Source: Mobula hypostoma | Taxonomy: Eukaryota | Reading direction: 5' to 3' | Length of the DNA stretch: 64,000 bases | Assembly: GCF_963921235.1 (NCBI RefSeq) | Contig: NC_086097.1 | Coordinates: forward strand, 36,768,001-36,832,000 | In this document: positions 1 through 12,699 of the stretch, one piece after another | Layout of the letters: every line of letters begins with the position of its first letter | Numbering within the stretch: the stretch's first letter is position 1 | Translations under genes and position numbers: made by a program | The notes under the pieces: model-generated | The model's database searches: none | What the model saw: the letters and a program-made list of their open reading frames with translations, nothing else | What the model was told of the DNA's origin: nothing

Positions 1-1394
1 CAGTAGGTTCTTAATAATGAGCATGGGTATGGTAAGCCAAAGAACTTAATCTGTGTTGTGTCACTCTACAATCCCCGAACTATGAACTGCATTTTTAAAT
101 ACCTCCTTGGATCTAGAACTGATTGTGAACCACCTTAGGATGTTTTACTGTAACATGAAGATAAAGGAATTAATAAGACCTGCTGTGTCCGAACAAACAG
201 TAAGACCAGCCAAATGGTACTGAGTGGGAAATATAACAAGTTGCTTTCTGTTTTATGAGATAAATGTTAGCAAAGAATTCATGCTTTCTCAAGTGCAACC
301 TCAAGACCCAAAATAGCAAGCACAGCTCAATTAAATGTCTCCTCCCTTAACACTTTAGTTATGTGTCAGCTCACGAAATTTTTTTGGCAACACTAATAAA
401 GAGGCAGTAAGGTTTGCTACGAGTCAACGACCACTCATTGGCACTCAACAACAGCAACAAGCAGTCAACATTATTAAGAGTAATTTGAACGGCGGCTCCT
501 GGGATGTACAACTAAACATGGAAGTTTTCTTCTGCCCCCCCCCCCACCACATTGTCCCTCCATCTCCCAAAGCTCCCCACCAGTTTTGGTAGATGAAGGG
601 CCAATGCCTACATCCATGAGAAGGAAAAAGTGTTTTTGGCATTGTCAGAGTCTCAAAATAATGACTGAACTTTCAGGACAGATAAGCATTTCTTCACCCA
701 AAGTGAAGTGAATCTTGGAATTCTCTGAATTCTCAATTATTAATGGTGTCAAGGTATGTAGGATTGGAGCAGAAGAGTGGAGTTGAGGTAAAAGATCAGC
801 CACAAACTTAAAGAACAGAACATCAGACACAAGAATCAAATGATTTATGCCTGTTTTTATAATCTTATATTCTATTTATTATTTCACTTTCTCATCATGC
901 TTTCACATTGAAATAACTATTCTCACTAAGGTTTCTTGGTTTAGACTCTGCTTGCTACACAAAGATTGCTTCAATCCAATTTGTAGAAGAGTCATAATGT
1001 CAAGTGCCAGTCTTCATCAGCCGCAGGTTGCCAGTAAAGACCACTACTCTTACCAGACATCCAGTGACAGACAGCATATTGCCTAGAAAATCCCATACAG
1101 GTCAGCTGCAAGGAAACTGAACAGCTTGAACCATTCAATATCCCAAACACAAAACATGGTCCAAAGTATTTAAAGTTTTGCATTGGATGAAAACCTGACT
1201 GAAAAATCCAGGCTAAGCATTAACTAAAGAAGGCTAGAACCCCATAGCTAATGGTTGAGAAGGCGAGTAAAATGACATTCATAAAAACTGGAATAGCAAA
1301 TGATTCCTGCTGTGTAAATTTATTAAAGATGCATGGAGGGAATGAAATTTCCATGTTAGATTATATTGATTCATGCCATCTGCTGCAAAGCTTC

Positions 1395-1520
1395 ATTAAG
1401 TAAATTGTCCTGTGATTAGGTTAGGATTAAGTTGGGGGAATTGCTCAGCAGCGTGGCTCGAAGTGCCAGAAGGGCCTATTCCACACTGTATCTCAACAAC
1501 TAGATAGATAGGTAGATAGA
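1395..1520 (+). mobile_element. 3' fragment of V-SINE (HE1-like) with CR1-type tail
   Basis: taaattgtcctgtgattaggttagg...gggcctattccacactgtatctc closely matches the 3' half of the fuller SINE at 52193-52468; ends in (TAGA)n. Confidence 0.6.
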
Positions 1521-1724
1521 AAAATAACCCATTTAAAATCCAAGGTATGAAACTACTTTAATCTTTGATTACATATCACCAATTCCAACAATAAAAACCC
1601 AAAAAGCCAAGAATTCATAAAGGTTACAAAGGCTTATCAGAAAGTCTATTTATGTTTCCGCATTGTAGACGTGAACTAAAGGAAAAAGGAGTTAGTGCTT
1701 TCCCAGTGTATATGATTAATAAAC

Positions 1725-2432
1725 TCTTGTAGGGCTTCTGACCGGGTACAGGTATCGATTATAACCGACGTTTCGTTGACAAACTCTGCCATTTTCTTCA
1801 GGGATGATGCCTGGGCATGACTAGTCTGGTGGTATTTATACCCCAGCCCCTCATTCAATCATTCCTGATTGGTTAGTCTTCATTCAATCAGGTTTCCAAT
1901 CTCCCACCTTGTTTACAATCGAATTCCACTTCTTGCTTAGAGCGAGATCTTCGTCTTTGTTAAAACTCTTTTCCTTTAGTTTTATTTCAATTCTTTTCTT
2001 TACCAGGCGATCCCAAAAGCCATGGGCACAGCACAGTAGTTTCTGTGCCACAGAAGTCAGTCCTATGACCAGTGTGAATGCAGAGTTCTGCTACCACCAA
2101 TTTCTCTGGGTAACTCAAACAGATACACCTCCTGTGCTCCTTGATTTGGGTTTCCACCGTGTGTCCCATCTGGTTGATATACGCTGCTTCACATTCACAG
2201 GGAATCCTGTAAAAGTCAGTTGATCTGAGTCCCAGGTCACTTTTGACCTGCATAAGCTTACTTGAGCTTCCTTATGGGTTTGTGGACGGTATTAATCTGC
2301 TATTTCTTCAGGATCCTGCTGATCCTTCCAGAAACTGTGGAAATATAGAGGAGACAGGTAGTGCCGCACCAATGGTTTTTGGGACCACCTGGTAGAGGAA
2401 GCCATTGAAATAAAACTAGAGGAAAATAATTC
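1725..2432 (-). mobile_element. Penelope-like element 3' fragment (GIY-YIG endonuclease remnant, Poseidon-like)
   Basis: Minus-strand translation FYRIPCECEAAYINQMGHTVETQIKEH..AELCIHTGH resembles the PLE GIY-YIG domain (VYxIPCxCxxxYIGQTxRxxxxRxxEH); 2363-2430 is an inverted copy of about 1966-2031. Confidence 0.8.
1763..1804 (-). ncRNA. Degenerate minimal hammerhead ribozyme motif in PLE terminal repeat
   Basis: Minus strand reads ucc-CUGAAGA-A-aauggcagaguuugucaac-GAAA-CGUC-gguu: hammerhead core CUGANGA/GAAA/GUC with an imperfect stem II. Confidence 0.5.
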
Positions 2433-2597
2433 TAGTTGTTTCTATCCTTTTTAATCTAACAAAATTTGGGATATGTTGTTGGTCTCTGCCAGTGTTCTGC
2501 TTCAGATAGCTAATTTATCCAAGCTGAGAGTTCAAGCCTATCCTTAGTACTTTAAATATGGCACCATCATAAAACGTCCCACTTGTCAGGGAATTAG

Positions 2598-4010
2598 CCT
2601 TGGCTCAATGGTGGCTCTTACTTCTGTGACAGAACATTATGGGTTCAATTTCACTGCAGCAGATTGCCAGAATCATAAACAGTTTTGTGAAGTTCAAAGT
2701 TTCAAAGGTTCCTTTTATTATCAAAGTATGTATGCTGAATACAACTCTGAGATTCGTCTTCACCAGATAGCCATGAAACACAGAAAAACATGGAAGTCAT
2801 TGAGAGAAAAGACATCAACTCCTCCCCGGCACGAGAAAGAAAAAGAAGCAAAAACTCGCAAACTTCAAATCCTCCAACCACTCCCTTGCACAAAAACTAA
2901 CAGATTGCCCACCTGGAAAACGCCAGCTAAAACATCAAAACTCCAGACCCCCAATCCCTTTCCCTCGCAAATCACTAACATATCACCCATCTGTAAAACT
3001 GCAACATCAAATCCCCAAGCTGCCAACCCACCAGCTGCAGCAAGAAAGAAAATGGCGGGAGGAGAGAGAAGCAGCGCGTTGTGCGTGCGCAGCCCTCTGA
3101 TGAAAAATGATATCGTATCTATTAAATAGGGGCCGTGGACAATTCTGATTTGATGGAGATGGACGTGAAAGCACAGAGGAACATCTGGAAAAATTTCTGA
3201 AACGCTCGTTTGCTGTTGTCATTACTGCGCAGTCGGGAATCTTTCAGAGGAAAGGCCTCAAAATCCCCGGCTTTGCCTGCTGTTGGCGACCGAGAAGGAG
3301 GTTGAATCATTCTGATAGAGATGCCGCTCAGTACTCGGTGTCGGAGAGCTGATCAGAGCTTGAAGTTTTCGGATAACTCAAGAGTCGGACCGTGGTCGGG
3401 TGTGGCAGGGAGAATTTTTCTTCCTTCTCTCCGTCTGCGTGAGATGTGGGACATTTGAGAGACTTTGAACTTTTACTGTGCTCATGGACTTCATCAAGTT
3501 ATGGTATTATTGCACTGTTGTAACTATATGTTATAATTATGTGGTTTTGTTAGTTTTTTTCAGTCTTGGTCTGTCCTGTGTTTTGTGATATCACACCGGA
3601 GGAAATACTGTATCATTTGTTAAAGCATGCATTACTAAATGACAATAAAAGAGGACTGCGCGTCTTCATAATCTAAATTACAGAAAATTGAAGGAGACCA
3701 ATAGTGAAGTAATAAAGGAGTCACACATTATTTCAAATAAGATGCTAAATCGAGGTTAAATCTGTCCCATGAGAGATATGATGGTACCTTGGCAGAATCT
3801 GAAGGAGAACAGAACAGTCCTCCTGACTCAAACTTATCATAAAGCTGACAATCACTGCAACAGATCACTGGGTCATTTATCTCTCTGCTTTGTGCTTAAT
3901 CTTCCTATTAAATTAACTGGCTCATGTATTTGTTTTTATGACATCATCAATACTCTTCAAAAGGAAATGAATTATCCATCAGATCCGTTGGTACATCCCC
4001 AAAGTGAAAT
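2598..4010 (+). mobile_element. Old tRNA-derived Deu-type SINE (SacSINE1/AmnSINE-like), split by younger insertions (pieces about 2598-2670 and 3680-4010)
   Basis: Box A-like tggctcaatgg and box B-like gggttcaat at 2602-2650; 3735-4010 resembles, from memory, the Deu domain and L2-type tail (agatgctaaatcgagg...ggtcatttatc...cttcaaaag). Confidence 0.45.
3050..3676 (+). mobile_element. Non-autonomous CpG-rich retroposon family A, copy 1
   Basis: Homologous to 46741-47380 (-) and 61422-61997 (+); starts aaatggcg, ends aataaa...gaggactg..cataatctaa; no recognisable protein. Confidence 0.8.
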
Positions 4011-5284
4011 CTAAAATTTGCCAAGTAAATCCAGTTCTTTGTTTATGTTTAGTCATTAAGCTAAAGTGGTACCCAAAGGAGCACAAGATAACAATGGGGA
4101 AAATATTCTCAAAGATGGTTCCTTCTTGGGAAAGTAATTCAGCTGCACTGGTATGACACCCCTATTGTTCACCCTGTGACATGGGTTCCCACATAGTTCA
4201 ACATCTAGCTCACTGAAAATATCCATCTGAATCATTTCTAACCTTATAACTGATGTCAGACTGGATTCTAGTGAAATTCTTACAGCCAAGGGACTTGCGT
4301 CCTAACTTACTCTGATAGAGAGTTTCCACACACCTGATGTTCAGACTTGAACTACTGATCTCTTATGAAATCCAAATCCAATGTTCACTTTGAAAACAAT
4401 AAAACTATACTGAGTAAACAATAGCCACCTGAGTTTGATCTGAACCAATATTTTGGTACAGCATTGCTAAATTGGCATCTTAAGAAACAGAGAAATTTGC
4501 AGCACAAATAACTGAAAAACAATGTGACTGGGTCCGGAGACCTCCCAGCTCTCAAACCATAGCTGTTTCATTTGCAACTAATCAGATATTTAGCTGGGTA
4601 CCACTTATATTTGGTGCACAGTTCTCTCTCTACCACCATTTCAGGCACTGAGTAATTGGCCCCAGTAGATCTTCAGACAAAGGAAAGGGTCCCTGGCATC
4701 TCTTTAATACTTCTACTACCGCAAATTAACATATCTATCACTATTAGATATTTATCTCTTTGCTAAGGGAAATAGGCCCTTCCTGTTTACCCTAACAAGG
4801 CCCCTCAAAATTTTATAGAGTATATCTCAAACAAATCTCCTTCCAAAAAAAAAGGTCAGCCTGACAAATGTCACTTCATAAAATAAAGAAAACAATGGCA
4901 GATGCTAGAAATCTGAAATAATTTTTTTTTAAGTGCCAGCAACATTTATCAATTCAGGCATCAACTGGGGAAAAAAGAAGCAAATTTTATGTTTTCAGGT
5001 TGAAGATCTGTCATCTCACAAAGGGCTTTAGACCTTAAACAGTTTCACCTAGTTAATTACAATTTCTAGCAACGGTAACATCCTTGTAAAATCTTCTTTG
5101 GAAATTCTCCCCTTCAAGTATATCCTTCCTGTAATGAGGTGACAAGTGTGCACATATGGGCTAACTTGTTGTTTAGATCTTACACAGTATCCCTGTTTCT
5201 GCACTCTAGGTTCAAGAATTAACTGCTGATTATTGACATTGGTTCGAAAGAAACAAGGAAAGAGAACAGCAAGGGAGAAAATTG

Positions 5285-6174
5285 TCAGCAGTATTAGATT
5301 TACGCCACACGTACTGTTTTAAAAAAGCACATCCTTGCCTGTAAAAACCTTGCAAAGCATCACTTGGAAGATATTGTGAGGATGTGGAAGGTGCTCTTGT
5401 GATCAGATGGGACAAAAGTGGAACTTTTAGGCCTCAACACTAAGCGGTATGTGTGACGTAAATCAAACACTACCACATCAGCCAGGTAACACCATCCCTA
5501 CTGTGAAGTATGGTGGAGGTAGCATCATGCTATGGGAATGCTCTTCAGCAGCAGGGACGAGAAATCTGGTCAAGATTGATGGGAAGATGAATGCTGCTAA
5601 ATACAGAGAGATCCTGGATTAAAACCTTCTAGCCTCTGCCTGAAAGCTTAAACTAGGGAGGAAGTTCATTTTTCAGCAGGACAATGCCAGAGCAGCCATG
5701 GAGCAGCCTCAAATGAAGAAAATTGATATCCTCGAGTGGATCAGTCAGAGTCCTGACCTTAACCTGATTGAACATCTCTGGCAAGATCTTAAGATTACTG
5801 TCTACCACAATTCCCCAACTAACTCGGCACAGCTTGCGTAACTTTGCAAGGAGGAATAGGCAAATCTTGCTCCATCACGTTGTGTAAAGCAAATAGAGAC
5901 TTATCCAAAATAAACTACTGGCGATAAAAGCTGCGAGAGGTGGTTCAATGAAGTACTGAGCAAAGGGGGCTGAATACTTTTGAACTGCTGACATTTCAGT
6001 TTTTGAACTTTTGGTTTTCATGCTTAACAATTTTATCTGTTTTTGGGCTCTACTATGAAGAAGGAGCAGGTGATTCACAAATAAATATTCTCAGTTAAAT
6101 TGATCCAAATCCCTGCCTGTAATACTCATTTATGTGAACAAAGGGTTGAGGAGGAATACTTTTATAAGACATTG
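5285..6174 (+). mobile_element. Tc1/mariner transposon, 5'-truncated, decayed transposase
   Basis: Translates to [48 protein letters not shown] (Tc1 DD34E region) with stops/frameshifts; right end ...aatacttttataagacattg followed by TA. Confidence 0.9.
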
Positions 6175-6554
6175 TATATATCCCTGCCTCGTTACCTCTT
6201 TCTTTCTCTAAGATGTCAGCCTGAAACTTACGCCTCTGACCAAGTTTTTGCTTATCTCCTCTGAAAGCTCTTTAGACAGTTCTGCATCAAATATTGTTCG
6301 GTGATGTTCCTGTAATATCACCTCATGATATTTCACTCAGTTAGGGCTCCATCTGAAGCCAAATAGCTTTTGAACATCCTTTATATTCGTTACTCTTGAC
6401 AAAACTGTGAAATAGTTAGCTCACATTCCAAAACCAAATGTATCACAGAAGGGCAATAACTAATTGTACTCCTCTAACGCAAGAACGTTGTAATGAATGA
6501 AAGAGCACTGACAAGTCTCTATGGATCTCATTCAGACCTTGGCATTGGGTTGTA

Positions 6555-6742
6555 AGACCATAAGTCCATAAGACATAAGAACAGAATTAGGCCATTTGGC
6601 CCATCAAGTCTGTTTCGCCATTCCATCATGGCTGATTTATTATCCTTCTCTACCCCACTTTCCTGCCTTCTCTTCTATGGCATCCTTACTAATCAAGAAC
6701 CTATCACCCTCTGCTTTAAATATACCCAATAACTTGGCCTTG
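6555..6742 (-). mobile_element. CR1 LINE 3' end fragment
   Basis: gaccataagtccataagacataag..cagaattaggccatttggccc is the reverse complement of the CR1 tails at 16090-16121 and 48120-48155. Confidence 0.75.
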
Positions 6743-6845
6743 TATTTATTGATCCCAACATATTTGTACTCCAGTGTAGTACATCTGTCTCCAGTGGATG
6801 AGGATCACCTGAGATTATAAACTTATCAATATCTTGAGTCTAGAC

Positions 6846-6924
6846 CAGGGATTCCCAACCTGGTCTCCACGACTACTTGCTTAACTGTATTGGTCCACGG
6901 CTCAAAAAAGTTTGGGAACCCTTG
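6846..6924. mobile_element. hAT (Charlie-type) MITE, about 80 bp
   Basis: TIRs cagggattcccaac / tttgggaacccttg; 8-bp TSD gtctagac (6838-6845) / ctctagac (6925-6932); homologous copies at 20370 and 36620. Confidence 0.8.
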
Positions 6925-8480
6925 CTCTAGACAGACAGAAATATCCATTTTGACTGCCATCAACTGATCATGTTGGCATTGATAATACACAAGTCGGGAG
7001 TGTGACTACATTTTCCATTTGCCTGGATGAATGCTGAACATCCAGAATAAAACATCACACTCGATAAGCTTCCCATTCACCACTAGCTCCCGTTACAAGG
7101 GTACCATGGCTGTAGTATGTACCATCTGAAAAAATGCACTACAACAGTTCACCTACATTTCTTCAACAGCATCTCCTATGTCTGTAACCTCTACTGGTCA
7201 GAAATAAATAGAGATTGCTGCACCACCACTTGTAAACTCCCCTCCAATTCAGGCACTTTCCTGAGCTTCAATATTCCCAGGGAATTAGCCCGGAACTCCC
7301 TTATCTAACAATACTAGAGGAGTACCATCATCACATGGGTTTCCAATGGTTTAAGCATCAAAACCTTCAAGACCAACTAAGGACTAGCATTTTATATTCC
7401 CCATGACAGTGCAATGTACACTCCCAAGCACAATAAGAAAACCTTATGAAGACTAATTTCATGTTAATCTAGGGCTATAAACTAATCTGGACAACTCAAA
7501 TAGTGTTGGCACTGCATCCTAAAACATTGCCCATCGGTCTTATCATCAAATTGAATTATCCTTATTGTCCTTATCAAATAGCCCATTCCTTTCATTCAAA
7601 ACTTTAATGAGTGATCAACATCTATCCTTGCAGACACAAGAGAGGAAGGTAAGAAGTAATTAATTCTGTCCAAATATGAATCAATATATGGCAATATATG
7701 GACATTTTTAGTTCTAAATTCCGCCCCCCCCCCCCGAAACAAAGATCTCAATCAACCTGCTATAGCTATAGCAAATTAAAAGGACATGGAAACTTTCTGG
7801 TCTGTACACCTCAGCAACCATCACTGGCAAAGCACTGTGGTTTGTAGGTTCTAAATTTCATAACAAGTCAACCCTTACCACACAATTAATGTTTGCTGAA
7901 AATTAGCTGTGAGGAGACTCATTATTGATTGAGCTGCTGCAATTTGTTATAATGCTGAAAACTATTATGTAATCAATTTCAATATCACATTCTTTGCTGC
8001 AATTTTTTATGCTAAGATTTAATAATTTCATATTAAAAGCTATGCTAAGCTCGACAACTCAAATCGTGCTGGGACAGCATTCCAAACCATTGACCGTCAG
8101 TCTTAACAGTCAAATCAAATTATGCTTATTGTCTTTATCAAATAGCTCAGATTTAATTTTGAAAGAATGTGTGTAGGAAGCAATTGTACACACAAGGTAT
8201 GATGTTTTCCCTGTCTTTGAACTGTAATATCACATAAAGTCATGTCATTGATGGGTCATGGACAATTTTGGCTTCTCTGCTTTGGTCACGAAAACTGTAA
8301 TGGGTTCTAGCATTTTAAAACCTCACTATTATGGACTGATCACCTTTAAAATAAAACTCACTATAGAATCACCATAAATTCCATGCAGCAAACCTGCGTG
8401 CACGCCTTTCAGAACTGCAAGAACAATGGTCAAGCGAATGTCAGAAGTCAGTTTGCGAATGTCATATATCAACAGCTTAC

Positions 8481-8825
8481 CCAGCCCTCAAAGGTTTTCG
8501 TGCCATTTTTCAGTAATTCCTCGAACTGCAAGGTGCAATTGGCCACAAAATCGTCGTATCCGATGGGGGTGTCATGAAAAACGGTCAGCTCGATCTCGCT
8601 GCTTCTCCAGATCTGAGTACTGAAGTCTTCGTTAAATGTGGGCCGGCTGGTCTTCTGTTTTGTGACTGTCTGCCCGACCCTCCGATTATCAATCTTTACC
8701 ATTACATACGGATCCAATAACTGGTAATTTTTGCTGGATATTGAATGCCTGAGAGCGCATCGGGTCGGTTTTAGATCCACAGCCTCTCCGATTTTCACCT
8801 TCAGAGGGCCACTGAAAAGCACCAT
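8481..8825 (-). CDS. PRKCH: Novel-class protein kinase C (eta/epsilon group; eta-like), first coding exon encoding the N-terminal C2 domain; gene continues toward lower coordinates
   Basis: MVLFSGPLKVKIGEAVDLKPTR..LRHS..QLLDPY..RVGQT.TKQKT..ELTVFHDTPIGYDDFVANCTLQFEELL..TFEGW, 115 codons; strong Kozak gcaaggATGg; ends TGG|gtaagc, a phase-0 donor at the same position as PRKCE/PRKCH exon 1. Family certain; eta versus epsilon versus third paralogue uncertain, so the symbol is a best guess. Confidence 0.93.
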
Positions 8826-8829
8826 CCTT

Positions 8830-9800
8830 GCACCGTGACCCCCTAACTCAGAAAGGTGCACAGTAATCGAACCGAGCTGACAGTCAGATACAACAGGCCA
8901 CTTGAAAGTGGAACAAAAAAAACTACTAAGAACAAAGCAAAAAAAAACGCTTAATCTACCCGCGGACAAAAAGTTAACGTTGAATATTGCAAAATCTTGA
9001 TTCCTGGTTTTATTCGCCCTTGTCCCTGCTCAACAAAGCCAGTCAGCTACGAGTAAACATTACAGGTGTATGATGTCCTCACGCGCGTTGAAGACCCTTT
9101 GATCTTGCTAAGGTAGGTTTCGGTGGAGTCGATTACTCGCGCTTGTTTTGGATGAAAATCGCCTTTCGCAGAGTGCTGGTGTCTGCCGGACCCGGCTGCC
9201 TGTTGTTGAACTCTAACACTGAAGAATCTGAGCGATCGGGAGCTAAGTGTTACTTCATGTCATTCGGGCACCGAGAAGCAGGAAGCAATCAAACATCAAA
9301 TTTCCGTGTGTCAATTGCCGAGCTGATGGGCTTTTTAAGAAAGGAACACACCTCGATTGAGCTTGTTCTACCCTCAGTCAAAGGCTATCTAGAATTGAGA
9401 AATCAATCTTAATTAACAAACTTATTCAATTACTCTTTTTTTTAAAAAATCACCATAATATTTATATTATTTTAAAGGTGTATTTTCCAAAGTATTCTGG
9501 TGTTTGTAGTCCACAGTCCTTCTCGCAATAGACGGTTTGAATACGACGAACAACACTTCCCAGAAACCTGAGCGAGTGCTTTTATTCCGCTTTGCCAATC
9601 CATCTGGCTATCATTGTGATTGGATGTTATCGGGCAGCAGTAGACGAATGACGGCCAAACAATCAAAGGTTTCGACCAATCGATGATTGGCAATTGCTTT
9701 CCCCTACCTGTTGGGCGGGGTTTATGACCGAGGCGGTGCTTTGTTCATTGAGTTTACGAACAATAGCGATGTTCACGTGAAATGATTCTACAAACTCAAG
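8830..9800 (-). promoter_or_regulatory. CpG-enriched 5' UTR/promoter region of the PKC gene
   Basis: Locally high CpG density; CCAAT at 9595-9599 and 9676-9680, ATTGG at 9619-9623 and 9686-9690; GC box gggcgggg 9713-9720; E-box tcacgtga 9773-9780. Confidence 0.65.
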
Positions 9801-10392
9801 AATCACAACATAGTATGTTGTTTTCTTTAAATATATTTATCGTGTGAGGGTGTTACTGGCAGGATAACCGATATTCCCTAATTACCTTAGAGAGGCGAGC
9901 TGCCTGTCAGAATAGCCGCAATTCCTGCCCCGATGGTAATCGTGACGATGGTGATGATGATATATATTTTCAAAACAGGATGGCTTGAAAAAGAACTTGG
10001 AACTTTTGCTCAACTGCTGCACAAAACTTTCTTGGCAGTAGAGCGCAACTTTGGGATGTGCCATTGAATGGACTTTGCAAGTTGTGCATGCGTAGAAGGT
10101 GCACTTTTGCAGCCATAGCAGCAGTCTAATTTGCCTATCACACCTACGATCATCATTAAAAGCCTATCTAGAGTAATTCCATTTGTTAGCACTTAATCCA
10201 TAGCCATTGGCAATTTTAAAACATGATTTTTATCTGCTTCCGCCACCACCTCGGGCAGTATGTTCCAGATTGCAACCATGCTGAAGGTGAAAACTTCATC
10301 CTTAGATCGTCTCTAAACCTTTTACACCTCGGCTTAAATCAATGCCCTCTGGTCTTTGATGCCTCTGCCATGGGCTAGTTTCTTATTGTCTA

Positions 10393-12595
10393 CAAACAAG
10401 GGAAAATCTGCAGAGGCTGGAAATCAAAGTAATACACACAAAATACTGGAGGAACTCAGCAGGCCAGGCAGCATCTATGACAAAGAGTAAACAGTTAATG
10501 GTTTGGGTTGAGACCCTTCATCAGGACTGGAAGAAAGAGATTAGAAGTCAGAGTAAGAAGGGTGGTGGGGGGAGGAAAGGAAGAAGTACAAGGTAGTAGG
10601 TGATAAGTGAAACCGGGACGGGGGAGGGGTGAAGTAAAGTGCTGGAAAGCTGACTGGTGAAAGAGATAAAGGGCTGGAGAAAGGGGATCTGGTGGAGAAG
10701 GACAGAAGGCCATAGGAAAAAGGGAAGGGGAAGGAGCACCAGACAGAGGTGAAGGACAGGTAAGGAGATAATGTGAGAGAGGGGAATGGGAATGGGAAAT
10801 GATGGGGGGGGAGGAATTACTAGAAGTTCGGGAAATTGATGTTCATGCCTTCAGGTCAGAGTGTACCCAGACAGAATATAAGGTGTTGCTCCTCCAACCT
10901 GAGTGTGGCCTCATTGCGGCAGTAGAGGACTGACATGTCAAAATAGGAATGGGTGGTAAAATTAAAATGAGTGGCTACCAGGAGATCCCATTTTTTGTGG
11001 CAGATGGAGTATAGGTGCTCAGCGAAGTGGTCTCCTAATCTACATCAGGTCTCACTGATATACAGGAGACAACACCGGGAGCACCAGAAACAGTAGATAA
11101 GCCCCAAACACTCACAGGTGAAGTGTCACCTCGCCTGGAAGGACTGTTTGGGGCCCTGAATGGTAGTGAGGGATGAGGTGTAGGGGCAGGTGCGGCACTT
11201 GTTCTGCTTGCAAGTGCCAGGGGGAGATCAGTGGGGGGGGGGGAACAACTAATGAGGGAGCTGCATAGGGAGCGATTCCTGCGGAAAGCAGAAAGTGGAG
11301 GGGAGGGAAAATGTGTTGGTGGTGGGATCCTGTTGGAGATGGTGGAAATTACGGAGAAATATGTGCTGGCGCAGAGGCTAATGGAGTGGTAGGTGAGGAC
11401 AATTGGAATGTTATCCCTGGTGAGGTGGCGGGTGGATGGGGTGAGGGCAGACATTAGTGAAATGGAAGAGATGTGTGTGAGGGCTGCTTTGATGGTGGAG
11501 GAAGGGAAGCCACTTTCTTTGAAGAAGGAGGACACCTCATCAATTCTGGAATGAAAAGCCTCCTGAGACCAGATGCAGCGGAGATGGAGGAATTGAGAGA
11601 AGGGAATTTCATTTTTTCAAGTGACAGGGCAGGGGAGGTAGCTGTAAGAATTATAAAAGATATTCGTGGAAAAGCTGTCTCTAGAAATAGAGGCAGAGAG
11701 TTCGAGAAAGGGGAGGGAGTTGTTGGAAATGGACCAGGTAAATTTGAGGTTAGGGTGGAAGGTGGCAAAGTTGATGAAGTCGACGAGCTCAACATGGGTG
11801 CAGAAAGCAGTACTAATGCAGTCATTGATGCAGCGTAGGGAAAAGTTGGCGAGTGATACCAGTGTAGGCTTGGAACATAGATTGTTCCACGTATCTGACA
11901 AAATGGTTGGCATAGCTGAGATCTGTGCAGGTGCCTATGGCTACACATTTTGTTTGAAGGAAGTGGGAGGAGCCAAAGAAAAAATTATTGAAAGCGTGGA
12001 CCATTTGTGAAAGACGGAGGAGAGTGGTGGTGGAGGGGAATGGGTTGGGTCTGGTGTCCAGAAATAAGCAAAGGTCTTTGAGGCCTTCCTGACGGGTGAT
12101 GGAGGGATAGTGAAAATAAGATGATCAGGGCCAGGGAACTTGAAGTCATTGAAAAGATCAAGAGCATGTGAAGTGTCATGGATGTAGGTAGGAAGAAAAC
12201 CGGGGGCGGGGTGGAATAAAACAGAATCAAGTTATGCAGATGTAAGTTTGTTGGGGCAGGAACAAGCAGAAACAATGGGTCTACCTGGACAGTCAGGTTT
12301 ATGGATTTTGGGAAGGAGCAAGAAATGGGAAGTGCAGGGTAAGAGAACTATGAGGTTGGTGGCAGTGGACGGGAGATCTCCAGAGTTAATAAGGTTAGTG
12401 ATGGTGCGGATGACAATGGCCTGGTTCTCCTTAGAGAGGTCTTATTCAAGAGGTAGATAAGAGGAGATGTCTGGGAATTGTCGCATGGCCTCAGCAAGGT
12501 AGAAGTCAGTCCACCAGACTACTACAGCACCCCTCCACTTATCTGTAGGTTTGATGGTGAGGTTGGGATTAGTGTGGAGAGCAATGCATTTGGAA
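10393..12595 (-). mobile_element. Penelope-like element (Neptune-like), decayed RT + GIY-YIG region and terminal repeat
   Basis: Minus-strand fragments NNFFFGSSHFLQTKCVAIGT..SYAN.FV, LRCIND, FINFATFHPNLKFTWSIS..LPFLE are typical PLE RT motifs; terminal repeat with degenerate hammerhead at about 10492-10528. Confidence 0.85.
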
Positions 12596-12699
12596 TCTAT
12601 TCTATTCCTGCCACATAAACCTCTATCACCCCCTATGGCCTCTTCTGCTCCAATGAAATTCAGTTGCTCCTGATTTAGATTAGGTTAGATAAGATAAAT

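Noticed and set aside
2608..3129. 173-aa ORF
   Set aside because: Runs across three unrelated repeat pieces; no domain recognised.
8396..8405. Palindromic gcgtgcacgc (HIF/AhR-like) in PKC intron 1
   Set aside because: Single 10-bp motif with no supporting evidence.
1..8480. PKC exon 2 (expected V/IDLEPEG..)
   Set aside because: Not found by eye; it probably lies beyond the left edge, though a short exon could have been missed.
8826..8969. N-terminal extension of the 166-aa PKC ORF
   Set aside because: Starts at a non-ATG codon; homology and strong Kozak context begin at ATG 8825; the final VSC is intron read-through.
11473..12010. Plus-strand ORFs over Penelope copies (also 30076-30602, 38374-39036)
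   Set aside because: Antisense shadows of decayed PLE coding sequence.
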